From positions 7,130,001 through 7,194,000 of the forward strand of contig CM106585.1 of NCBI GenBank assembly GCA_048013815.1: a stretch of DNA of 64,000 bases. Reading direction: 5' to 3'. How positions within the stretch are numbered: the stretch's first letter is position 1; the number at the start of each line of letters is the position of its first letter. This DNA is from Setoptus koraiensis (taxonomy: Eukaryota > Animalia > Arthropoda). Below, in pieces: positions 1-11,662 of this stretch. The translations under genes and the position numbers were made by a program. Below the pieces are notes generated by a model. It was not told the DNA's origin. It worked only from the letters and a program-made list of their open reading frames with translations, and ran no database searches.

Positions 1-454
1 TCAGGTTACCATAAAGCCAGACACTATCGTTTGAGGCATCAATCAAGAACAAATCCGGACCAAGATCTGGTTCGTTCAGAAGTGACGCCATAAACATAAT
101 GATGGTTTCATTGTTTTGTCGCCAAGAATGGCCCGTAATTTCGTTTTGGTTGACATAAACATTGATTGTAGTATTGGATGATGCCAAATGCTCTCGGATT
201 TGATTGTCAGGATGAAGGATAGCTTGAGATATATTAGAGTGAAATATCGACACATCGATACGAACGTAGAATAACTTGTTTGGCTCTACTTCTAAGTTAA
301 CCCTGTTGCTCTTGACCTCTTCGAATGGCGTATCTTTTGTATTGAGTAATTTCTGACCTGAAATATTAATTCTTATATTATTTGAGGATCGCCAGATAAA
401 GATAATGAAGATACGGCCCACGATATATAGGCCCCAGTAATGGCGTGGAATCAT
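1..454 (-). CDS. Partial ORF running off the left edge; possible secreted or membrane protein, weakly resembling an alpha/epsilon-sarcoglycan or cadherin-like ectodomain
   Basis: Manual translation of the minus strand from ATG at 454 stays open to position 2 (MIPRHYWGLYIVGRIFIIFIWRSS...MASLLNEPDLGPDLFLIDASNDSVWLYGNL). It has a hydrophobic N-terminus and several N-x-S/T sites, and is missing from the ORF track because no stop falls in the window. The product call is only a weak motif impression. Confidence 0.4.
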   Translation of the reverse strand, partial: MIPRHYWGLYIVGRIFIIFIWRSSNNIRINISGQKLLNTKDTPFEEVKSNRVNLEVEPNKLFYVRIDVSIFHSNISQAILHPDNQIREHLASSNTTINVYVNQNEITGHSWRQNNETIIMFMASLLNEPDLGPDLFLIDASNDSVWLYGNL

Positions 455-2083
455 GATTATTTCTACTTGATCTACTCACTTGATCTAAACTTGATTGTTT
501 ATACACTTAGTTGCATCTCACAATGATTTTAGACCGAAAGTGTCTGAAAATCAGAAAGTCAAGATTGGAGCGGAGCCCAGATTAAACCAGACTTTGCGCA
601 TCACCGGAACCATAACTGCGGGCAGTCGGTGTTCCAGACCCATACCCTCATGCATTTTCGTATAATGTAGATAGTATTGCACGTGTGTGATCAGACCACC
701 CTCTCGCGTCGGTGCGCGCTTCGAAGATGCCCCCAGAACGTGTCAAAATCTTGCTCGAGGTCTGGCAAGTTCGTCGCACCTATGAGCCAGAGACCTCAAC
801 CTTAGCGTCATCCTCTTTCACAATTGACTCGCGGACTGCACAGTAACCACATGTAAGCAAAAAGCAATTTACAAGTGTGGGCTCATGAAATGTGTTTATA
901 CGTGCCAGGTGACTCTTGTCATGCATAATAGGAGCAACTTAATGGAAAAATTAATTTTTTTTCGTTTTTTCAATTTCATTTAGTCGATTTTTGCTGAAAT
1001 TCATCGCTCCTAGAATGCATGTCAATCGAAACTCAACGAGGTAATCCTCAGCACCAAAAAGGTCATTTCCTGAATATGGACTATTGAGAATGAAGCCGTG
1101 GAACAGATACTCGCGATATTTGCCTACTTTGCAGAGGTTCGCCTAACAAGTTGTAAGTTCTGCCTACAAATAGATGGTCGAGTTCTTGAATCGCGCGAAC
1201 TGAAACGTGTCTCATTGGCAGTACTTATCATTTATCAGTGGACCTTACTCTATCATCTGAGTGATTCGATCCAACAGCTCTCAATTTTATCCCGATGTTA
1301 TCGAATCGATATGACCGCTGAATTACTTTGAAGCACGGATCAAGCCGTTCACTGGGGCAAACTGCTAGATGATTGGTGCATTTGTGGTGAAATGATGATT
1401 GTTCTGTGGTAACTTACCTCTGGTAAGTGCTGAAAATTATTCGCGATATGATACGTCATCTCTGAGTAGATCTGGTAGCCGAATACTATTGTGTCAAATG
1501 GCATTGTTATCTAAACTGCCAACAACACTCTCTCCTCGATCTTGTTACGTTGAACCTTATCGGTTGACAATCTCTTACAAGTCAGTCAGTGCAGTCAGTT
1601 GTAAGTGCATAGATCAAGATAACAAGTTCGTTCCTGATGCGAGACACGTGAAAGTGATTAACCACCAGCATCAACTGTTTGATAAAGTAATCGTGCTACT
1701 GAAGTACTAAGATTGTCCTCATATATCCGTATATATTCGCCATCTTGCCTGTGCAATGATTGTGCGAGGACCAGCACGCCGTGTATGGTGCTGCACACAG
1801 GTTGCGTAGCTTTCTCAATTCAAAGGTGAGTAGTTTTGCGGCCACCCTATATGTGATGAATGTTATGGCAGAGATTAAGACTATAAATAAGGATATCAAA
1901 TCAATTAGTAGTCAGTTCATTTCAGCAATAGTACAATCTGATTGACAATTTTAAACAAGTTCAAATTTTACACTAGCCACAATTTTGTAGTTGAGTGACA
2001 ACAGTAATAATAAGCTATCAGTATTAAACAAGTGAAATCAAACTAAAGAAAATAACTAACAGACAGAAATCAAAGCACCAAAA

Positions 2084-3574
2084 ATGGCAATAATATGCAA
2101 GACGAACGGCTCTGCGACCAATGGCCATCATCACGACCAGCAGACGAGTAAAAAGTTGCTGTTTGCATTCTTTCCTATCGAAGGCCATGGTCACATAAAT
2201 CCGTCAGTCAGTATGGCCAACGCATTAAGGGACAGGGGTCATGATACTGTATTCTTGTGTATTAACGACATTGGTTACACCGGTCATCGAGTTGTTTGTT
2301 TAAAGAAACTAATGGAAGAAGAGGATGACAAGGAGCCACAACAGAAAGAAACCACGTTGAACACAGATCAGAAAGTTAGCCAAGCCGACAAGGCCATGAC
2401 CAAGCGAATGGACGCAATTCAATTCGGTGATGACCCTGCAATTGCACTCAAGAATGTTTTCTCGGCATTTACCGACGCATTCCAAGAACTGCTAGACCCC
2501 AAATGGGACAAAGCATTAAAGGACACCATTTTGGACATGAAGCCCGATGTAGTGGTCGTTGATCACGCCGTTGTACCAGCCATAATGAATCCAGCCAACA
2601 ATCTAAAATGGGTGAGAGTTGTCTCCACAAATCCAATGGTATTATACGCCGTAAGACGGCCCGACTTAATGCCGGCCCCCTCTCTGGGCGCTCCTACTAA
2701 AGGTCTCAGCGAGAAGGAGCGAGAATTGACCTGGAAAACATATCTAGAGGGCAAAAATGTATTGAGACCAACGACGGATCGTTTGCGTGAACTAGCTGGA
2801 TTAGGACCGGAAATTGAACATGATCCGGCGGCTGAATCACCTCATCTCAATCTATACATTTATCCGCGCGAATTGGACTACGATCAAGAGTTTGGTATCA
2901 CATTGCCCAATTGGGTTCGTATTCAATCCATGAATAGACCCAATAAACATCAACAATTATTTGGCGACAGGCAGAACAACAACACAACCATTAATTCTCT
3001 ACTGTCCTCATTGGACATACCCGAAGAGTTGCGCGATTTCATCCAGCAAGACGATCAGCAAGAGAAGAAAAAATTGATATACTTGTCTTTGGGCACAATA
3101 GCCTGTATGGACGTAGACAGAATGAAACGTCTTGTGAGTCTGTTCGCAAAAACACCCTACAAATTAATAGTATCAAAGGGAGCTCGTCACGAAGAGTTTG
3201 ATCTGGCGCCAAATATGTGGGGCGCCAAGCATGTCCCACAGAGGGAGATATTGCTTCTGGTTGACTTGGTTATAACTCACGGTGGCAATAACACTATAAC
3301 CGAATGTCTGTACTCGGGTGTGCCGGGTATTATTGTGTGTCCAATGTTTTGCGATCAATATGACAACGCAACCAGAATGGAAGAAAAACGTTTGGGTGTT
3401 AGAGTAGATCTAGGCAAAGAGAACTCCGAAGAAAATTTGCTCAAGTCTATTGAGAAGGTGCTGGCCGATAAGGAAATGAGAGAGAACATAAGGAGAGTTA
3501 GTTCCGAGTTGCGTCAACCGAACGATGGTCCCGAGAAGGCCGCTGAAGTTTTAGAAAAACTTGCCTTAGCTTGA
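2084..3574 (+). CDS. UDP-glycosyltransferase (GT1, bacterial MGT/OleD-like cytosolic type)
   Basis: Intronless 496 aa ORF with GHGHINP (catalytic His), LIYLSLGT and the UGT signature HVPQREIL...ITHGGNNTITECLYSGVP..CPMFCDQYDNA. No signal peptide and no C-terminal TM anchor. Confidence 0.93.
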   Translation: MAIICKTNGSATNGHHHDQQTSKKLLFAFFPIEGHGHINPSVSMANALRDRGHDTVFLCINDIGYTGHRVVCLKKLMEEEDDKEPQQKETTLNTDQKVSQADKAMTKRMDAIQFGDDPAIALKNVFSAFTDAFQELLDPKWDKALKDTILDMKPDVVVVDHAVVPAIMNPANNLKWVRVVSTNPMVLYAVRRPDLMPAPSLGAPTKGLSEKERELTWKTYLEGKNVLRPTTDRLRELAGLGPEIEHDPAAESPHLNLYIYPRELDYDQEFGITLPNWVRIQSMNRPNKHQQLFGDRQNNNTTINSLLSSLDIPEELRDFIQQDDQQEKKKLIYLSLGTIACMDVDRMKRLVSLFAKTPYKLIVSKGARHEEFDLAPNMWGAKHVPQREILLLVDLVITHGGNNTITECLYSGVPGIIVCPMFCDQYDNATRMEEKRLGVRVDLGKENSEENLLKSIEKVLADKEMRENIRRVSSELRQPNDGPEKAAEVLEKLALA

Positions 3575-4168
3575 GTTGAACTGCTGGTCAATTCAAAGTT
3601 TTAAACAGAATGAAACCGTAGCAACAGAGTTACACACTGTGAAGACTTTCAATTTTAATGAAGTTTAGTCCCTTTTTTGACAATTTTAGCAAATGTTTTT
3701 AGAGCTCTGGGAGTTATAAATAAAGTCACAAAAAGAACTGAAAATTGCAAAAATCAGAGGTGTGACTGCTCAAGTTTTATATATCTCTGCTGCTTATATT
3801 ATGTATATACTTTCTTTTTCAAATATCCCCGAGATAAGAAGGTTCTTTCAAAATGTAGATAAAAAAGTGGACAAGCAGAAAGAAAGGCAATGTTGTATGG
3901 GATTAGAACTAACCAGTGACTGGAAACTATGAGCACGCAGAGAAACAGACATCTCAAAAGCACCATCATGGTCTCAAGTCGTGTAGATGGAGCAGAAGAT
4001 TTCATGCATGACTTACTGCCGAGAAACATCCGTGCTGAATGAAATGACCGATACTAGGGATAGAGAAGAGGCCGTATAACGCTTAAATTTTTATTGGCAA
4101 CAAGCGGATATGGTTTGCATAGATAATTGTTGTTATTATGTTTTCTTTTTCTTCTTTTCACCGAATGG

Positions 4169-4611
4169 CTAGCCAAAAGGTCCTCGTGTCTGCCCGAGAT
4201 TTTGTTGCTGCTGTCTCATGAGCTGTGCTATTAAACTGAATTGAGGCGAACTGTTGAGAAAACTCGTAATATCGAAACCCTGCGATGGCGTACTCACAGG
4301 ACTTGTTATCGGCCTTGCCCTCGGTGGAGGATTCAAAATCGGACGAGGGGTTGTTCTTGCTTGACTAGTATAAGGAGGTGGATTTGATATTGGTAGATTC
4401 TGAGAAACTCTAGTTTGCTGCTGTGGGCCACGATTGACATTTGTGTAGCTATTGTGGGCCATCTGATGAGGTTTCGTCTGGTGTGTCGAAGTATTTTGCA
4501 TGGGTATTTGTTGTTGGTGCTGATGTTGTTGTTGGTGTTGTGGCCGATGTTGTTCCCGTTGTTTCGACTGCTGCTGCTGCTGTTTTGGCTGCGATTGTAA
4601 CTGAAGCTGTG

Positions 4612-4642
<31 letters not shown>

Positions 4643-5212
4643 TTGTTGCTGTTGCTGCTGTTGTTGCTGTTGTTGTTGTTGTTGTTGTTGCTGCTGCTGC
4701 TGCTGCTGTTTAGGTTGCCTTGGTTGGGCAGGAGTAGCTTGACCGACCGTAACATTGGTATCTTGAGTGCCTGCTACGGCCAGTGACGACGGAGGCTTGT
4801 GGCTGATTATTGTTACTTGTGAGTTTGACGAAGGTGTCGAATGGGTCGTCTGCGACTGAGTTACTGCCTGTTTCTTTTTCTTTCTGATTGGCTCACTATC
4901 AGCATTTTCCTCTCTAGACAAGGGTCTAAACTCAAGTTTGCCCGTATTAATGTAGAAGCCGCCATATTTTGTGGTCAATGTTGACGGTACCAATTCGTCG
5001 TATGCCTCATCATTATCTATAAATGGATCTTTGAGATCATAACCGCTTCCTTTGTCGATGTGATCCTCATAAATGCGTTCCATGTGCACCTTGCCACATC
5101 TTGATTCCACGAGATCAGAATAAGAAAACTCTCCTCCGTGTTGTTTGAGGTCTATGGTAAAACGTATTGTTTTCTTGATGGTATTCGATTTGCCTGATTG
5201 TTGATTATCCAT
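4169..5212 (-). CDS. Ubinuclein/yemanuclein-like protein (HUN/HRD domain plus polyQ tail), copy A
   Basis: HRD motif [43 protein letters not shown]. Start placed at MDNQQ (5212), which is shared with copy B; an in-frame ATG also exists at 5251. Confidence 0.85.
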
Positions 5213-5445
5213 TTTGTTAGCCTGGTCTCCAGTGTTTCTAGAGTATGTCATTGGTAGTCCTGGTCTTTTGCAAATGATAAATCCGATTCCTGCCTCTAAT
5301 TTCCTATCATTCGTATCGAGTTGAAAATTATCTGTAATAATGTAATAATGAACGATATACAATGATATATGTGTTCAATGAATATTTTTCATTGGAATGC
5401 AAATTATTCCCATTAATATCACCATCCTTGGTCGGGATGGAAATA

Positions 5446-5492
5446 AAAACAAAGACACGCGTAGTTCTAAAATGGCTCTGCAGGCGTCGCTC
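5446..5492 (-). promoter_or_regulatory. Upstream element conserved between the two ubinuclein-like paralogs
   Basis: Minus strand reads GAGCGACGCCTGCAG...ACTACGCGTGTCTTTGTTTTT, matching 17169-17216 on the plus strand, while the surrounding upstream DNA has diverged. Confidence 0.5.
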
Positions 5493-6076
5493 ATGAGAAT
5501 ACCTCGGCACGCCCAACTCAGAGTCATGAAAGAGCCTACGTACGCACCTTTCTAAACCCAACTCTCAATACACAATTCAAGTTGTGATTCATAACCAATA
5601 TCGTTTTGATAATTGTTGTGTCAATTCAATTATTCTGTAAACCAAACTTTGTCAGCAACTGAAGATAATCAAGGAATTGACGCAATCGGTCTTGTTTTCT
5701 ATCCCTTCAGTGGTACGATGGGTATTTCGACCGAAAGCACCCACCAGTGCATCGAGGATCGGAGTGGGCAAACAAATCCACAGGGGGGCGCTAAAATCAT
5801 GTGTTTTTGTGTTTGAATGTTATTTTGTGAGCGACCTCTTCAGTAGTAATCTTGAACTTATACTTGTACTGATGCATTTTCGGCCACGCTCTCCGTTCTC
5901 GAGCTGCACATGTGACCGTGCAACAAGACGATTTTATCAAAATTTTATCTTTACACAATTCTAACCGTCTCCAGCTAGATAATTCCATCTTATATTATCA
6001 GTCATTTCAGGACCTATTTGTTATAATATTGTTGTCGATTTAGCCTCATTCCGGGTCAAATTTGGATATAGTCACC

Positions 6077-8182
6077 ATGAAGAATTTGATCACAATCGAC
6101 GATAATCGTCTACTTATTTGGGATACAAAAGGTCACATAATATGCCGTAGTATAGACGATCAGAGTAACTCACCTACGAAAAACAACAAGCAACCTCAAA
6201 AAGAAGTAAAACTTATGCTAACAGAGAGGCCATACTTTTGGAATGATGTTCTGGATATTAGTCTCAGTCCTAATAAATCATTGCTTGCCCTTAGAGGATC
6301 CAAAGGGGTTTGCATTGTGGATCTGCCCAAAAGATGGGGCGGCCAATATAAAGATGTATACTATTGTAAAACGTGGAACATTAACGAGCGTCAACTCAGT
6401 TGCACAAGAGGACTTCAAGTGTATCAAGTAGAATGGCATCCGTTCAGCACTGATGACCTACAGATACTTTGCATCCTAACTAACGATAACTTTTTAAGAC
6501 TTTACGATGCGAGACAACATCGCAACGACGACGACGAATTACAATCTGTGGACCTGAGCAGGACAACAACTGGTGATTTAGATGTCAGTGACGACATTTT
6601 AAGCGCCACTATGAGTAGGCTGGACCTTGGCGAGGTTGTTGTAGCTTTCGATTTTGGTCCTCCCATGTCAGTTTTTACAGGCGACCCTCTCTGGCCTATT
6701 TATTTCGTCAAAGGTACCGGTGAAGTCCTGTTGGTATATTGTAGCCCACTAAATCCAAGCTACACCAAAAAAGTTTTTGGGCCACTTACCATGTTACCAC
6801 AAGCTGACGACAACTATGGGTCAGACGCTTGTAGCCTTATTGTACTCGATAGTTTTCCACCATTGTTGGCCATAGCTACATCATCGGGATCCATTTATCA
6901 TTGTTTTGCCATATCAGAGGATATACAAGATCATAATCAATCGAGAGATATCTTACCAAATCAAACTTTGTATGTCTATGATATCATGCAACTATCATTG
7001 AATCTCGCTGAATGCACCGACGAACCTTATTTCACCTACCAAATGAGATTGCACAAGGATAAGACCAGTAACATAAGATATTTTTGCACGCACCCTCACG
7101 GCATTCATATGGTGATATTTCCCATAATAGAGACAGTAGAGTCTGGACCGGCGGAAATAGCAGCTCTCAGAGTCGATGTTGAATCATTTGCAGAATACTT
7201 AATCTGCACGAAACCTTTGCCTTTAAGAAATGAACAAAGTGATGACGAAAACCCCTCCGACTTGTACCAATCCTCTCCTAAAGGTCTTGTGGTGGAAGCC
7301 ATGCTATCCAACATAGTTCTCATTACTATATTGGACAAAAATGAAATTGTTACCCGTAGACTCAGGCCTGCTGCAACGCTAAATTGTAGCCATTTCAGTG
7401 GTAGAAAAGAAGATAAGAATTCCTCAAGAGCTAATGAATCGCAACTTCTCGAAAGTTCGCGGATTGAAGCATCCTCAGTTAATTTTGAGGAACAAATACA
7501 GATGATTCTCAGAAGAAAGATGAGTGTACCTCTATTAAAATCATCAGATTTAGAAGATAAAAGTTTGGAAGGCTCACAAGAAAGTTCTGATCTCATTTTA
7601 GATTTTGTAGAGAAGACAACATCCATCATAAGGAGTGAGTTCTTGAAACGATTCAAGACGGCATCGGAAGCAATCCTTAAAAAATTTGAATTGCTTAGAG
7701 AAGATGCTGAGTGTCAATCAAATGAAATCCAGAATATAATTAGACAAAAACAGGATGTATTCAATTCTTTTGTCGCTCTCACAACCAAAGCGGACAAAGC
7801 GTGTCAAACTCAAGAGTCTCTTCTCAACCGGATCACCTCCACCTTAGAATGGCTACGTCGACGACAATCTGAACTGTCGGACGCGGAGTGTAAACTAAAA
7901 CTGGATATGTTAAGTTTAAGGAGCGAACTAAAGCTGTCACAAGATCGTTTGGACTCGGTCAGAAGTAAATCCAAGTACCAAAAAGACCTTGATGAGAAGA
8001 TGAAGAGGTCAAACTCAAGCTTTGGTCTTCAATCTAATGGCAAGGAATGTGACACTGCACCCACCGAAAATCAGTTGGCCGGTATTAAAGAGATATTACA
8101 AAGGCAGGGCAATGAAATAGCTGAGTTGAAGAAAATGTTGAGAGCCTATACTGCCACAGGGGTGTCGACTCAAGGCATCTGA
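6077..8182 (+). CDS. Nup88: Nuclear pore complex protein Nup88
   Basis: N-terminal propeller motifs (LSPNKSLLALRGSKGVCIVDLPKRWG, QVEWHP, ILTNDNFLRLYD, VAFDFGPP, TMLPQADDNYGSDACS) and a C-terminal coiled coil. First ATG is at 6077; the track start is TTG. Confidence 0.85.
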   Translation: MKNLITIDDNRLLIWDTKGHIICRSIDDQSNSPTKNNKQPQKEVKLMLTERPYFWNDVLDISLSPNKSLLALRGSKGVCIVDLPKRWGGQYKDVYYCKTWNINERQLSCTRGLQVYQVEWHPFSTDDLQILCILTNDNFLRLYDARQHRNDDDELQSVDLSRTTTGDLDVSDDILSATMSRLDLGEVVVAFDFGPPMSVFTGDPLWPIYFVKGTGEVLLVYCSPLNPSYTKKVFGPLTMLPQADDNYGSDACSLIVLDSFPPLLAIATSSGSIYHCFAISEDIQDHNQSRDILPNQTLYVYDIMQLSLNLAECTDEPYFTYQMRLHKDKTSNIRYFCTHPHGIHMVIFPIIETVESGPAEIAALRVDVESFAEYLICTKPLPLRNEQSDDENPSDLYQSSPKGLVVEAMLSNIVLITILDKNEIVTRRLRPAATLNCSHFSGRKEDKNSSRANESQLLESSRIEASSVNFEEQIQMILRRKMSVPLLKSSDLEDKSLEGSQESSDLILDFVEKTTSIIRSEFLKRFKTASEAILKKFELLREDAECQSNEIQNIIRQKQDVFNSFVALTTKADKACQTQESLLNRITSTLEWLRRRQSELSDAECKLKLDMLSLRSELKLSQDRLDSVRSKSKYQKDLDEKMKRSNSSFGLQSNGKECDTAPTENQLAGIKEILQRQGNEIAELKKMLRAYTATGVSTQGI

Positions 8183-8941
8183 AGTAATGATATTTCTATA
8201 CGATTATAAAAATTGTAGATCAGCTCTGATGTGTGCATCTGCAATCTGTAACATTTCCATAATCTTATATATGTACAAATAGAAGTTTGAATTGACAGCA
8301 TCAGTCGAGGTCCTGTGATCGAAATCATTCTCTTTTTCCTTTGAAGTAATTCACCAAGTCAACAAGTCATTCTCTTGTTGCTTCATGAGTATCGTTTTCG
8401 AAGACTATTTTTACTGAACGATGAACTCCAAACTTTTATAGGGTGGTGTAAGAAATTTTGTGAATTATACTCCGTTTTGCGAGCCCAACTCATGGTTATT
8501 CAATGTGTTCTACCGCGAAGATAGACCGAGACTCATTGCAGTATGACCATCATTATCTATCTCCTTTAATTCCAATGGATATTTTGGGCCGATTCACTCG
8601 GCGCGAAAGAAGTCACCAATCATCGAGGCTAAAGGGGTGTCGCTAATTGACACAGGATATATCTCATTATCCTTTATATATCTTGTTGACCATTCACGAT
8701 TCCGTCGCTTTGGTTAACAATCTCAGTATCATAATTCATTCGAGTTAATCACAGTACTATTATGTGTCTACATTAGCAGGTGGATAAAGTTCGTCTTCTA
8801 TGAATGTGTGACTTTGAGCACATTGATTTGATCTTCGAACGGAAAATCTCATCGGAAGAAATTTATATAGACACAGTAGAATAGTCAAGAGAGGGATGTA
8901 ATGGCAGAGCAGCGATTGTTGGCAACAATTTTCCTGTATAA

Positions 8942-11074
8942 TCATGCACGAAACGACTTGAAACCCATAGATAACAATCTATCAAATATGGAAGCTTGTG
9001 AATCTGAAAGATCGCTATATTCTTGGTCACCTACAAGCTGATCGTCGCCATTGACCAATATGATTCTTCTAGGAAGGCACCCTATAATTTTCGAAAATTC
9101 GCTAACGTTTAGCTGGCGACAATCGTCGATGATGACAGAGTCGAACTTAAGCTCATCGTGTTCAAATTGCAATCTGATTGCGTTAGCCGAACTGCAGCAA
9201 AAAACGTCGACCCCAATCATCACTTCTCTTAAGCAACTGTCGTAGTAACCGTCCCAATAGAAGTCGCCAGCATGGATAGAATGTTTCAGCTCCAACCCAG
9301 ACATGACATTCTTATTTACACCCGGATATCTGACCGGTAGCTCCTGCAGACGCTGATTTAGATGGAAAGGCTTCACCAATTGACATCTCAAATCTCCGGG
9401 GCGGTAACACGTCACTCTTACTTTGCCCTCCGCGTGTATATTATCCGCGACAATATCTGAAGATGTACAAATCAAAATCTTGTAGACTTCATGCGATCTC
9501 GTTTTGAATAAGCTATGCGCCAGCGACTCAACAGTCGACAATCGAATGTTACTATTGGGCTCTGTGATGAGCGTAAGCCTGTGAGTGAGCGAATGGATGA
9601 TCGCTTCTCGGTGATATTCATTTACGAGTTCACAGAGATCGCTGTCATCTATTTTAGTGGATCTCAGTTTGTTCCTAGCCTCAAGCCTCGGAAATGCATC
9701 CATGCTGTCCAACAAGATCCCACATAAGAAACTGTCTGTCAGTACACTTAACGATCGGCTTGAATCGTATAGCCCAGTGTTTATGAAGAGTCCACTATAG
9801 CTGAGGTGGAAACGATCGGTCCTCATGTTTGTGGAAAATAAAGCAGTGGTCAGTTTCTCAGGTAAATCCGGGTGCGATTCCAGACCGAACGGCTTCCCAT
9901 ACCAATTAAGTAGCAAATAAATGAATGATTCATCGTATTCCTCTCCAGCGCAAAAGTCGCTCTTATGAGCGATGGAGCCTAACCAATCGTTTAACTTTGT
10001 TTGTTCATTCGATAAGATCAGAATATCGTCTGGCAGCAAATTGCGAACAAATGATGGCTTCAAGTGGTCTACACTGATTTTAGCATAGCAGGACGGTCGG
10101 CCACGATAATCTTTTATCGTTGATGTCAATGGTCCATATGTTACTGGCACGGCTCTTGGTTGCTCAATCTTTCTGGATTTCCTATAGTGCCGATACAGAG
10201 CGCTGAGTTGGTCAATTTTCTTATATTCTTCACTTGAATAGTTCTCGACCGTCTCACTGCTATCATGATGATATTTGAAGATGTGTGCATTTATGGGCAA
10301 TGTAGCAGATTCAGGGTCGAGGCCGTTTATTTGTTTTAGTTCGGGGCAATTACTTATTATTGTAGCAATATCATCTACACTAAGACAGTGGAATTCGATG
10401 GACAAATACTCTAAATTTTGACAAAATTCGTGCAGAAATTTCATCTTACCAAAGTACATGTATGCATCAACATCTGTCACAAATGATTTTAGACTGTAAA
10501 CTCCAGAAGGATTCTGAATGTAAGCATGTTTCAAGTAAGGAGCCTCATCTTCTGGCTTCACGTAGTAAAAGGTATTTCTCAAACTGAGATGCAACAACCT
10601 ATCGCGGCAGATATCCATAACTTGTGTTAGTTCCGAAACTCTCTCCAATAACATATTATCCAATGTTAGTGCTGTTATTTTGACACATTTGCTGGCAATT
10701 GAAGTGAGCTCGCCATAAGCAATTGACAATCCAGTAAGATCTAAATGGGTTAAGTTGATTAAATTGTCCGATATGATGCAATGCATACCTGACCCGATTC
10801 GCTTGATGACATTGGTCTTTTTCATATTACAAAAGCTAGCATGCGTTATCTGAGGCATCTTCTTGAATAGTGGCTCCATAGTTTCAAGATCGATTGATCG
10901 GGACTCATGGTGATCTAACGACAAACTCGTGAGGCGCCGGTAGGAATCATTGACCACTCGATTGAGGCTTTTACACACTCTGGCTAGATTGCCGCGATCA
11001 GTGAGAGTCTGTAGGTGATTTATGATACAAAACCAGATATCGTCTGGCAATTTACTGTAATCAAATTCTTCCAT
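8942..11074 (-). CDS. F-box/LRR protein fused to a degenerate UPF1-like SF1B helicase half, copy 1 (710 aa)
   Basis: F-box LPDDIWFCIINHL..TDRGNLARVCKSL; FBXL-type LRRs (LTHLDLTG, LLHLSLRN, LEYLSIEF). The C-terminus carries SF1B-like motifs ILICTSSD, DVFCCS, FDSVIIDDCRQ, IILVNGDDQL and SIFDRLLSMG. Confidence 0.8.
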   Translation of the reverse strand: MEEFDYSKLPDDIWFCIINHLQTLTDRGNLARVCKSLNRVVNDSYRRLTSLSLDHHESRSIDLETMEPLFKKMPQITHASFCNMKKTNVIKRIGSGMHCIISDNLINLTHLDLTGLSIAYGELTSIASKCVKITALTLDNMLLERVSELTQVMDICRDRLLHLSLRNTFYYVKPEDEAPYLKHAYIQNPSGVYSLKSFVTDVDAYMYFGKMKFLHEFCQNLEYLSIEFHCLSVDDIATIISNCPELKQINGLDPESATLPINAHIFKYHHDSSETVENYSSEEYKKIDQLSALYRHYRKSRKIEQPRAVPVTYGPLTSTIKDYRGRPSCYAKISVDHLKPSFVRNLLPDDILILSNEQTKLNDWLGSIAHKSDFCAGEEYDESFIYLLLNWYGKPFGLESHPDLPEKLTTALFSTNMRTDRFHLSYSGLFINTGLYDSSRSLSVLTDSFLCGILLDSMDAFPRLEARNKLRSTKIDDSDLCELVNEYHREAIIHSLTHRLTLITEPNSNIRLSTVESLAHSLFKTRSHEVYKILICTSSDIVADNIHAEGKVRVTCYRPGDLRCQLVKPFHLNQRLQELPVRYPGVNKNVMSGLELKHSIHAGDFYWDGYYDSCLREVMIGVDVFCCSSANAIRLQFEHDELKFDSVIIDDCRQLNVSEFSKIIGCLPRRIILVNGDDQLVGDQEYSDLSDSQASIFDRLLSMGFKSFRA

Positions 11075-11375
11075 TTCCGTGTGAAGAAATTCACAGAGGC
11101 TCTGGGTTGATTACAGAGACGCCTAACTCTAATACCTTCGTTAGTAAAGATTTCTAGTTGGTAGTTTATTGGTTGTCGTTTCGGATTTTTCTAATATACG
11201 AGCGACTGATAGAGAGAAAATTTTTGCGTTGCAAGTGGTGGCATTCGTTTCCAGTCTATGCATCGAAAAACCAATGCGGGAGGCCTGGTGTGTTGCCACT
11301 GGCGCAAAATTTTCATTTCTGTCTATGGAAGAGAGCAAAGTTTTGTGAAATAGTGCGTGAGGTAAGGAATAGGCC

Positions 11376-11662
11376 TACTTTGTTGTTGTAGTCCACTAAA
11401 TCTAACAAGAAATTCTACCTATGTGTTTAACTACCCTTGAGTTCTCAACAGGTTGAGCTAAACTGAAAAAAGACTTCTCGGATCACTCGATATGTTGAGG
11501 CAAGCTGGCGAAAACTATGGGCCTGGCCTCATTGATTAGACCTTCAAACAAAATATTTCATTGGAAAAATCTAAGAAATTTAATTAAACACCATAGAACA
11601 AGAGAACAACCAAAGAGATACAAGAACAGCAATGTTTTGCAGCAGTTTTCATGTATAATCAT
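11376..11662. repeat. Near-identical spacer segment of the F-box tandem array (copy at 14095-14381)
   Basis: About 285 bp, TACTTTGTTGTTGTAGTCC...TTTTCATGTATAATCATG, occurs twice with about one mismatch by eye. Confidence 0.85.

Noticed and set aside
1098-1945. Short ORFs (77, 103, 67, 61 aa) between the left-edge gene and the UGT
   Set aside because: No recognisable motifs or consistent splice structure; could be chance ORFs or decayed sequence.
4333-4755. Alternative-frame and antisense ORFs over the ubinuclein polyQ tract (poly-S/N, poly-A/V, poly-L); same at 17822-18151
   Set aside because: By-products of CAG/CAA repeats, which lack stops in other frames.
7105-7656. 183-aa ORF antisense to Nup88
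   Set aside because: Shadow ORF of a real gene with no independent protein signature.
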